Below are positions 44,711 through 56,700 of a stretch of DNA of 64,000 nt, one piece after another (within the stretch, counting starts at the first letter, position 1; every line of letters starts with the position of its first letter). Below the pieces are notes generated by a model, which had not been told where the DNA came from, searched no databases, and saw only the letters and a list, made by a program, of their open reading frames with translations. Source of the stretch: Haliotis rubra (lineage: Eukaryota); assembly GCF_003918875.1 (NCBI RefSeq), contig NW_025766994.1:1116001-1180000 (forward strand), in the 5' to 3' direction. The translations under genes were made by a program, and so were the position numbers.

Positions 44711-47700
44711 TCACAGTGTGTATTTAAACTGAAGGGGGCAGTCGGACATCCTTTCCTGGTAGACCTGATCAAACCACTCATTCTGGGCGACAGTGAACCA
44801 GTTCTTCCAGTCACCAACTCCACCTGGAAAGAAACAAGTTTACCTGCAGACATTGTCTCATTACAACGGATTCCCATGCCGGGTTTCAAGCCATGGAGCT
44901 CCATGGAAATTTTACACCGAATACTTACGTGCAGATATGCCATATGCACTAGTACTGGACCAGCATGAATGTTACGAAGGACAGGAGATGTTGAGGGGAT
45001 TTGTTTAATCAATCTCTGCATATATGTGGCACTTTGCAAAAGTATTTCTCATGAGCAGCAAAGCCTTATTGTCCAGGGGGTTGGCTAAGAAATACACGGC
45101 ATGACCTAGGAAAAGGGTCATAACTGATCCATACCTTTTCTAAACACTTTAGCTCCACTAACGTCCTCCTTGAGAGTCCTCATGGCTGCTATTGTTGTGT
45201 TGTTGCAGACTTTGGACAGGAAGTCATCCGTCCTCTTTACATCCAGGAACTCACAAATCCTCCTCATCTCTCGCATCTGATCCTGAACGGACATCGAGTT
45301 GAATAAATACGTTTCAAACTTCTTGTCATCCTTCGGTACAACCTTAGAAGAGTCATTTCACCTTGATTGATTGTTTTCCTCATATACCTGCTTAATGTGT
45401 CCACGTGTTGCCCATATATATTTTCCTTAATGTGTCCACATGTTGCCCATACATATTTTCCTTAATGTGTCCACGTGTTGCCCATATATATTTCCTTAAT
45501 GTGTCCACGTGTTGCCCATATATTTTCCTTAATGTGTCCATGTGTTGCCCATATATATTTCCTTAATGTGTCCACGTGTTGCCCATATATATATATCCCT
45601 TAATGTGTCCATGTGTTGCCCATATATATTTCCTTAATGTGTCCATGTGTTGTCCATATATATATATATCCCTTAATGTGTCCACGTGTTGCCCATATAT
45701 ATTTCCTTAATGTGTCCACGTGTTGCCCATATATATTTCCTTAATGTGTCCACGTGTTGCCCATATATAGTTTCCTTAATGTGTCCATGTGTTGCCCATA
45801 TATATTTTCCTTAATGTGTCCACGTGTTGCCCATATATATTTCCTTAATGTGTCCACGTGTTGCCCATATATTTTCCTTAATGTGTCCATGTGTTGCCCA
45901 TATATATTTTCCTTAATGTGTCAACATGTTGCCCATATATATTCCTTAATGTGTCCACGTGTTGCCCATATATATTTTCCTTAATGTCTCAACGTGTTGC
46001 CCATATATATTTTCCTTAATGTGTCCACGTGTTGCCCATATATATTTTCCTTAATGTGTCCATGTGTTGCCCATATATATTTTCCTTAATGTGTCAACGT
46101 GTTGCCCTGATATACATGAGCTATGCAAGAAAGTGTCGTCCATCTCACCTCCTTAATGTCTTCGTAGAAGAGAGTCAGCACAGGCAGATCAGGATTGTCT
46201 TTTTTCACCTGCTCCCAGTCGAGAACATAGTCTATCCAGGATCCATACATAACTGTAACAGATGGAAACACTGAGAAAGGTATACTTAAAGAAGTAATCC
46301 TTTAACGATATATTTGTAGTAAGAGGATTACAGGAAGTAGGCTCTTGAAATATGACTCGGTGCTATTGCTCAAACACAGTTCAAAGAGGTGTTAATCAAA
46401 TATAACTCATTTTCCTATTCAAACCGGTGTAAAATACGCTCACCCATTCACAAAAGGGATTGACAAAGGACGATGAAAGCCCTTGGGATAGGACCAGCGT
46501 GTATCTAAAGCATCATTTGAAGAGATTTTCAACAAATCTGAGGGTTTTTTTCACATCATTCACTTACAAAATGCAGGATTACAGGAAGAATGGTCTCAAT
46601 CGGAAACATTGTGAGAATAAAGCTCTTGGGATAAAACCGGATTCACAAAACACCCTTCAGTCAAATAGAATATACTCATGTCTTTCATTTTCACAACGCA
46701 GTTTAAAATTCTTTATAATACACTTATTCCATAACCCCAACAGGGCCCCGTCGGTAGTTTTTGTTTTGCATGCGTTTTTCGTGCTTTTAAGAAGTCTGTG
46801 GAAAAAGGCTTAAAACGTGCCCTTAAAAGTGTGGCTCTAAACCTCAACTCATTTTCAGACAAATCATTGTTTAGACGTTGACGGGTGCGAAAAACACAAA
46901 TTTGGAAGAATCTGTTTGCATTTCTCTATTCCACGGCTAACTTAAAATGAAAGTTGGCGAGCCATTGGAATGCTTGAAATCGGAACACCCAAGCGCAACG
47001 TTGCACAGCCGTTTAACGTGCACAGGAACACATGCCGCTTGTGGAGTCGTTATCAACAAAACGTAGTCGTTGCAGACCGTCCCAAAAGTGGCCGCCCACC
47101 TGTGACCACGCCACGCAACGATCGTTGGATTCAAGTGAGTGAAAGCGGTAAGATTTTAAGACACATCGGCAATATTTCAACCATATAGTGACTAAATACA
47201 AGTTCTTATTTTATAATAAATAAAGGTAAAAAGGTTATCAAAAAACTGTCGGCGAAGGACAGTAAAAACAACTTGAATATCACAAATATGAATATAAAAC
47301 TAGTATGTAAATCTAAAATATTCTAATTACAGAAGACAGTACAATATAGAAAAAGGTTATATATTGCCAACAACTGAAGGTAGGTACCAGGGTCCATGGG
47401 AACTTACAGTACATTTGCTTCCTGCATGGACCCTATCTGGATTTACATCATCCCTTCAGCTATTAGCAATTTTAGATAATCTAGTCATAAATTAAAATAA
47501 CATATATACTACGATTAATAATAGTAATAAGTTTACATTTACTTTGAATATTTTGGGACTTACGTACCTTCTCAGGAGAACAATAACTTCGCAATACTTC
47601 AACCCACTTTGATGGTACATCCACTAACAATATCAGTTACTAATATAAGCAACCAAATCATAAAAAGAAACAAATCTTAAAATCTTTTAAACATTCATAA

Positions 47701-50700
47701 TAAAATGGCAATTAACATCACTAAAAAAATCCTTCAACGGTTTTACATCGATATATTTCCCCCTTGTGATAGAAAAATCAATACAATCAAGCAAGACATC
47801 ACAAGGGTTTCAAAATGGGTGATCATCTGTGGATACCTGCTGTGACCAATGCGACATCGTCGCATGATGACCTCTTCATATCTGGACTGACAACCCAAGT
47901 AGTAACCGATGGTTGGTTTTATCGCATGTAATATATTTATACCTACTTGAGTGTCCCATTTCTTTTGCATCAGACCAAGGATGTTACGATCTAATGTAAT
48001 CAGTGTGTGAGATCAGGAGTAGTGTCACAGATTTGTTGAGTGCTGCCTTAGCAGCAAAATCGGCCATTGTGTTACCAGAGATTCCCACGTGACTGGGTAA
48101 CCAACAGAAGACGATGTCGTATTGGCCAGTAGCAAGAACATTATGTAATTCAATTATTTCTATTAAAAGTGGATGTTTGCAAGATAGGGTTTTAATAGCC
48201 AGAAGGCACGAAAGAGAGTCTGAAAATATTATATATTGTATATATTTAGGGTGTATACATTTAGGCGCTGTTAATATAACATTTGTATCGGCAGTAAAAA
48301 TGGAGCAATCGTTTGGTAATCTATAAGATATTCTTTTGGATCCAATTACAGTGTGCCACCATCCTTGGATCCATCTGTAAATAAAAATTTGTATATATTT
48401 TAGTTACTTTCAATTGACCAAATTTTATTTATATTGTAATTCATTAGTTTCTGATTTTTTAAACGTTCTCAGTGCTAGGTCAACTTGGTGCCTCAATAAT
48501 TGCCAAGGAGGGAAAGAAAGAAAGCGGGATGGAGCTATATTTTCTAACTCATTGCCAGCAACAGATACGAAAGGTTTCATTCTTATTCCAAGAGGCGGAA
48601 CAAGAGAAGACTTCTTGTTGAACAGATCCTCATAAAGAGGATTAAAAACACAATTAAATGCAGGATTAGATTGGTTAGAACGTAGTTTAGTGAGATACTG
48701 TAGAGATAGGTTTATATGCCGTTGGTTAAGAGAAGACTCATCAGCTTCGACGTTGAGACTGTCAACAGTGCAAGTTCTAAAAGACCCAAGACAAAGTCTT
48801 AGACCTTGGTGGTGGACAGAATCTAATAGTTTTATGTTGCTTTTGCATGTTCCACCATATACGATGGAGCCATAATCAAGTTTCGATATAGGTGTAGGGG
48901 GGCAGCTTGATCCCCTCGCCACTTTGAATTAGAATATTTCTTCTTACTTTCAATAGATCTAGTGCCTTCAAGCATTTATTTTGAGATATTTGATATGCGA
49001 AAGAAAAGTAAAATGAGAGTCGAAAATCAGAACCAAGAACTTTGCCTCTTTGACAACTTTGATGCAAGTGCCATTTAAAAATAGTTCTGGGTCTTTATGC
49101 CGTTCATATTTACGGCAGAAATCTATACAATTAGTTTTCGATTTAGAGAATTTAAAGCCGTTTTCAAGACACCATTGATTCATTTTGTTTAGACACAACT
49201 GTAGTATGCATATTTTACCGCGACAAGAAATGTTGAAATCATCCACAAAACGTGATCCATCGATTGAATAATTTAAACCTTTGATAAACTGTTTAGCTTG
49301 TTACTAAACAACGTGACAGACAAAATACTGCCTTGTGGTACACCCTATTCCTGATTATGATGATCAGACAGGGTGCAGCCCAAGCGGACTTGAAATTACA
49401 ATTTAACAAGTTGGATATAGATTGAGGCAAACGGTCCCGCAATTTAAAATACCATGTTTCCATGTAGTGTCGTATGCTTTTTCTAGATCAACAAAAGATC
49501 GACACTGCATGTTGTATATTAATCATGGCATTTTTAACAAAAGATTCTAAACGCACTAAATGATCAATTGTACTTCTGTTTCTAGGGAGACCACATTGTA
49601 TATCAATTAAACGATCGTAGGTTTCCAAATACCAAACGAGTCAATTATTTATCATGCGTTCCAAGGATTTGCAAACGCAGCTAGTTAGTGGAACTGGCCT
49701 ATAATTAGAAAGATCAGTATGATCCCCTACAGGTCTGGGGATGGGAACAATTATAGCAGCACGCTACGGTGAAGGAACTCTCCAGATGTCCAAATGTCAT
49801 CAAAAAAATGTGAGAGCGTCTCTAAACATAATTCTGGTAAGTGTTCGAAGAGTTGATAATGTATGTTATCAGCTCCTGTAGCAGTATCATGAGCCTGGTC
49901 AAGAGCAGTATGAGTGAGTGAGTCAATGTTTATCGTCACATCAGCAATGTTTCAGCCATATCGTTACGAGAATAATCATTCATCATACTAAAGATCAAGA
50001 GCAGTATGAAGCTCATGTATCAAAAAGGTTTCATTGTTATCTCCCCATTATCTGATTTGAAATTAATAGATTTCTTTGCTTGTTGTTTTGATATTTTGGG
50101 AATTCAGGAACATAATTAAATGAGGAAGAATGTTTAGCCAACGTCTCACCAAGTTTATTTGCAATATCTGATTTATTAGTCAATAATTGCTTCCCATCTT
50201 TCAGATGGTGAATGCTAGATTTACAAGCCTTAACTTTGATTTTCTCGATCGTATTCCATACCTTTGATATCGGCTTGCGCAAATAATTTTTTGATACATG
50301 GTTTCGTCAAGATTGGTGTTTATTTTGCTTGAAAGTACGCCGGACTTTAGCGTTTAATATTTTGAATTTGTCTAAGTTGTGGACCATAGGATGGCGACGG
50401 TAATAATGCTCTGTTTTTTCCCTTGCCTTCCTAGCCTTCCTAGTGTTCCATAAACAGAATTTTTACCCTTTTAAAAAAATTCATCTTGATGATGGAGGAA
50501 CATCAGATGGGTTAACAGGTTTTAGTATTGCGGGGAAATGGTCACTGCCACAGAGGTCGTCGTGGACGGACCAATTTCACTCAATAGGTTGGAATCAGTA
50601 ATTGACAAATCAAGAGCTGAATATGTTCCTGTGCCAGGGTGTAAATATCCGTGCGAACAATCATTATATATGCATAGATCATAGTTTGAATAAACTCTTC

Positions 50701-53700
50701 CAGTATTTTACCGTTAGCCTTTATAGTTGTACCACCCCAGAATGGGTTGTGGCCATTAAAGTCACCCATAATAAAACAGGGTTTAGCCTGCTGAAGAGCT
50801 GAAGATTGTGGAATATAGAGCAGAGAGTAAAAGCAACGTGCAGAGTAAGGCGCACTGCAACGGCTTGAAGATTAGTTTTAAGCACAACGGGGTTTTGGAG
50901 CACATCATGCCTTATAAAGATTGAAGCTCCTCCTGTGGCCCTATCACCCGGAGGAGAAAAAAGAATGGGATGCATTGAACTGACGTAAACTGAAATTATC
51001 TGTCTGCTTTAGATATGTTTCTTGCAGGCAGAATTCTGATGGACTAATGGCCTGGACCAATGGAAGTAAGTCGTTAAAATTGGTTTTCAGTCCTCGACAA
51101 TTCCACTGGAAAATATTGTTTTGTAAACTATCTTTCGGGCGGTTTTGTGCTGGTGATTGGTTCTGGGTGAGAGATGATGACTATCTTGAGATAGACTCTG
51201 TATGTCAGAGAGTGAATCCGCTGTTTGAGTTGGCTGTTCATTTGAGTAAATTTGAGGTGCTTCGGTGTACACCCAAGTCAAGTCTGTCTGGCAGTCAATA
51301 GATGATGTCTTGACTTTGGGGGTTATTTCAGGGGCTATCTGAACGGTAGACACATTGGTTCCCGTGCCTTCTTGAGATTGAACCAGTTCCTTTGCGTCAG
51401 AGAGACTGATGTTCTGGAAAATTTAATTTCATTTATCTCCATCTGTTGTTTCCAGATATGACAGTCTTTGGAGTAGGATGGGTGACTCCCTGAACAGTTG
51501 GTACACTTTTTAATAGAAGCGACAAAACCCTTTCCACATTTATAAGACATATCTGCTAATAGCAGAGGCGATTGTACAATTGTGTCATGAGCAGATATAT
51601 GTTTCAGCAGTATTACAACTGTATGATGTTGTTCGTAAACAAATCGAGTCTGAACCAGTCAACCCAGTGACTGTCACCATGTGATACGATGACAGAGTGT
51701 TTATGAATCATTATGAAACAGTGATGATACCAGGTGTTCAAGAAAAGGTGAGCGTGTCCTGCCCCACCGGTGGCATCCGTCATAAACATATGCTAAGTTT
51801 AGTCATATGTTCGGGAACGTATGGTATAAGTCAAAATAGTGAATTGCATCGAACATCAGTTTGTCACTGATGCATCATTTGTGAAATTTCCTCCACGTGT
51901 CTGCCATAAAACTGAGTGAGTGAGCGAGTGAGGGAGTTTAGTTTTACCCCGCACTCAGCAATATTCCAGCTATATAGCGGCGGTCTGTAAATAATCGAGT
52001 CTGGACCAAACAATCCAGTGATCAACAGCATGAGCATCGAGCTGTGCAATTGAGAACTGATGACATGTGTCAACCAAATCAGCGAGTCTGACCAACCGAT
52101 ACCGTTAGTCGCCTCTTACGACTACTGAAGATCAATATTCTAACCCGGACCTTCACGGGTACATAAAACTTAGACATGACAGCATGATGTTCTTTGAAAT
52201 CTTGATAAAAAGAGCACGCTCGATTGTACCTCATAAGTTGTGAAATGTAACACCAAAAGCTTGAGTTGGTGGAATATCGCTGGACATGAAATTGACTATT
52301 GGAAAGCTGAAATCATCCCTTTTGTCATACAGGTTTGTGGAGATATCTAAATATGAAACGGTCTCACTTGTCTCCTTAATTCCAAGTTCAGGTGGGTAAA
52401 TCAGTGGAAGGCAATTGGCTATTTGATGGTTATTGAACGATATTAAATCATCGATGTACCTGAAGCTTAAGTTAAACTTCTCGGCCAAATTACAATGTTT
52501 TGATTTTGCCAACCCAAGCAGAAATTCTTATTCATATGTATAAAGAAACAAATAGGCAAGTAGGGTAGCACAGTCGGTGCCCATGGGGATGCCTACTTCT
52601 TGGCGAAATTTTTTACCCCTAAATTTCACAAAGATGTAATCAATGAGAAAGTCCAGCAGTTAACATATTGTTTTCTTGGTAAACTTCAAATGACGTTTGC
52701 TTTCATTTTGACAAGTTGTCCTGAACCTCTGAAGATAGATATGTAGGTATATCTTTGTTCACCTGGTTTGTTTACAAAAGCCCAATGAATTAAGGGATGA
52801 AGTTTTTCCTTAAGTTTGGTATTTGGGATAGTAGTATGTTGTGGCATGCACTATTGTCACAGTCTTCCTTTGTATGAGTTTGCTCACTGCAGTGAACACA
52901 TGTGACAGATTTTGTACACGAATTTACGCCATGGCCATACTTTTGGCAACTGAAACACCTCAGTGGGTTCGGAATAAAAGGGTCAACTTTGATATTGCAG
53001 TAACCTGCTTTAATTATTGCAAATGGGTTCAATTTGAGAGGTTTTTTGTCAAATGACTCAATAACTAGAAATCGCGGCCAATGTTCTACAGATTTTGATG
53101 GTCGTTGCTCATCTTCATTATCCAGTGGACGTTTGGGTTTTTAAGGGGTTTGGTAATCCATATTTGTTGGTTATATGGTTTATCATCCGAGCTCCCCAAC
53201 CACCACGCAGTATCATAAAGACAATGCTAATAACAAGTGGATTTCCTACTTGAGGCACAAAGGATGCCCGGATGATATACTCTAGCAGAAAATAGTAAAA
53301 GATGAATTCTTCCACCAGGATGCTCTTCACGGGTGCATCGATGGATTCCAACTACCCATCTGCACCAAAGATTCCAATCAGCCACACTGACAGCCCGAAC
53401 AGTTCCTGGTCTCAACAGGATATCACTAAGGACCATTTGCCCCCGTCTTGCTGCACACGGAAAACGTGTCAGACGTCCTGCCAGACGACATATTTAGACA
53501 TTATGTCACCGTCAACGACTGCAGTGGTGCAGAAAACTTCTGCGGTGGCGAGCACGTGTGTGGAGACATGTTCTCTTCACTGACAAGTCCAGATTCATTT
53601 TGCACTGCGCTGATGGACGAACCCGAGCTTACCGAGCGTTATGTTACGAACTGTGTCCTTGAGGCCGACTGTGTGGAGTGATGGTTTGAATTGGGGTGGG

Positions 53701-56700
53701 ATAACGAGTGCTGGACGTAGTACACCTTTGGAAATGGAACTTTTCGTGTCTCAGGTAAGGGATGAAATTGTTAATCGAATCGCCATACCGTTTCTAGAGC
53801 AGAATGGTCCAGTAATGATCTTCCAACAGGACAACGCCAGACCTCACGTCGCCAGGGTGGTTCAGCAATTCTTGGCGCAGGACAATGTTAACGTCCTTCC
53901 CTGACCCGCTAAATCCCCAGATCTGTCCCATATCGAACACTTCTGGTACAAAATGGAGAGGAGATGAGATGTTGGCCAAATCCCCCATTCACGCTTCAGG
54001 AACACGGCAAGGTGCTTCCACAGATATGGAATGCCATTCCACAAGACTTCTTGCGACGTTTGATTGGTTCTATGAGGTGCAGGTGTCAATGCTCATGGTG
54101 GACATACACGTTATTGGCTGTGTGAATTTCATTTTGACCATTCTCTTACTGTGACCTAATTAGCATGTGTCCGCCAGAAAAGTTTACAATGTGCCTTTTG
54201 CAATCATACTGTGGAATGCCTATCTTGCAATATTAATAAAGTCTCATCATAAAAATATCAGTTGTTAATTCACATACCTAACTTCAATTCAAACACAATA
54301 ACTTTTGCCTTTGAGTATTTGGATTCAATTCCTCGGAAAAGAAAGAATTACAAGAAAGATTTTCCAAGAAGGATTATCAGAAATATGATCACAGAGGAAT
54401 GATTACAGGAGAAGGAATACAAGAAGAATTTATAGATGATCACAGACAGAACGGTACTTACACTTTCCCTGAAAGTAGGGTCGCACATAGTTCTTCCACT
54501 CGCCTTTGTAGTTGAAACCCGGAATCGTTCTCAAGAAGTTATAATAGGAAACAGCTACATCTTTTGGATTTCTTAGAACAGTGATGACTTTTATTTTCTT
54601 TTTACGAACGTCATCGGACAGATGTTTCATCAGCAAATGAGTGTTGAGGATCCTTGGAGACGGGAGGTCGGTATACTTCTCCTCTGGCACCATTTCCATG
54701 AAGGCTTCGACTTTTGTGATGTGATCGTCGATTATCTCCCCTGCGAGGAGCTCTCTTGTTCTTTCAAATACCCAGTGGGTTCCTGGAAAGAAGGCAAATC
54801 TGACAAATCACACACGAATCTGCATCAGTTATCAGTGAAATACAAAGCTTTACCATGTGTTGCTATCTTTCTCACGCGCTGGACTGTGATGCGGCCTGAA
54901 CAGAAATATATGTTTGATGGCATCAGATTGATAAAAAAAAGTCAGCAAAACGTTTCGCCTGAAGAATATAAACTATGGATTAACGTCTTCTTTTAACACT
55001 AAATGTATGTGTTGGCTTGACTAACTTCGTGGTAGGTTGGGCTTGAGTTGGATTGGTGTGAATGTGATCTGATGACCTTGAGTGGGGTTGGTGTTGGTGT
55101 GATAAGTTGGGCTTTAGTGGGATTGGTGTGGATGTGATGCGAAGACCTAGAGTGGGATTGGTGTTGGTATGACAGGTTTGGCTTTGAGTTGGATTGATGT
55201 GAGTGTGACAGGTTGGGCTTTGAGTTGGATTGGTGTGGGTGTGACAGGTTGGGCAAGAGTTGGATCGGTGTAATTGTCACAAGATAGGCTTTAGAGACTT
55301 TGGTGTGGGTGTGGTGTGATGAATTTGAGTATGGCTGGAGTATAGTGTGATCGGATGGGCGTATAAGTGAGGCGATTTAGGTGAGGTATACAACTCTATT
55401 ATTTGGAACTACACCTCATTGAAACAGCATAACTGTTGGTGTAAATTACGCAGCCCATCGTATAGCTTATATTATGTTGAAAAAAGACTTTGTTGAGTCA
55501 CGACAATTTTTCAGTTAAGATGTAAATTAGAATTATAAATTGACGACATACCAATTTGCATGCTATTTAAGATTTGAAAAATGATTACAAAAGTTACTTT
55601 TACTGACTGAGTTTGGTTTTACGCCGCTTTTAGCAATATTCCAGCAACATCACGGCTGGGGACACCAGACATGGGCTTCACACATTGTACCCATGTGGGG
55701 ATTCGAACCCGGGTCTTCGGCGTGAGTTACTTTTAAATGAACAGATGTATCCTACCAGATTTGGTAAAGAGTTTCATGGTATCTGATGTTACCTGATTTA
55801 GGATACGTGCACATTAAGATGCCATCATCGCGTATTCTCATTGAATGTACACCGTCGATGCCCCAACTCCCAGAAAAGCTGTTTTCCGGGAGAAAGACAA
55901 TCGGCTAAGAAGACTCAAGGAACAGTGTAACAGTGGCCAAAAAACGAGGTTGCTGTTCCTTGATGCAGTTGGACCCCTCATGATGAAGAACTAAGAACTT
56001 TAGTCATTCAAGCTGTGTGATGTTACCTGATTTAGGATACGTGCACATGAGGATGTCATCGTCGCGTATTTTCACTGAACGTACACCGTCGATGCCGGTT
56101 CCATCAGGGAAGTTGGGTATGAAGAAGCCGTTGTCACTTAGGAACTTGAGTGTGTCACCGCCGTCGTCCACTGCTTCCACTATCTGTTTCTGATGTGAGA
56201 GAGAGTCTAGTGTGAAGAATTCAGCTGAAAACATAGGTAGATTTTCTTTTGTTTTACAGTTCCCTGCCAAATGCATCCCATTTCGATGTATTGCAAATAT
56301 AGCAGCAAATCCGTGTGATACATTGTGTTTGTGTTGCATAGCCTCAAGTTCAGGACTGCCTGGTCCAGAAATAACTATTCACCTACCACTGGAATACTGC
56401 TGTGTCCGCGTTAAACAAACAAACACAAGTCAAACATCATATGTTGCTTTCACTTCAGTTGTTTGTGTATCTTCTCACTTCCGTGTAATATGTGAGCGCC
56501 GAGGTTGGTGCTACATTCAGCTGGTTTTGTTTGCTGTTGAACGTTACAGTCTGCACTATTCATTAGGGCTGAGCAATATTACCGGTAAACTGTTAGCTCC
56601 CTTTGAATTATCTGCCCTTGATTTCCATAGCAACAAAATGTGCTCTAAAAGTGCCAAATGTACTTTTATTTCTGTTGGTTTCATGTAACATTTTACAAAT

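Larger units (their letters stand above)
46700..54319 (+). mobile_element. Tc1-type transposon split by nested retroelements (pieces ~46700-47134 and ~53430-54319)
   Basis: 5' piece encodes [25 protein letters not shown]; 3' piece encodes [37 protein letters not shown] and ends in a TIR-like TTTTGCCTTTGAGTA. Confidence 0.8.

Noticed and set aside
45391-46108. Regular ~35-bp repeats resembling a CRISPR array
   Set aside because: Head-to-tail units with no unique spacers, no cas genes, eukaryotic intron
55975-56017. Possible hammerhead ribozyme (TGATGA...stem...AAGC)
   Set aside because: Lacks the intact CUGANGA and GAAA core; too degenerate to call
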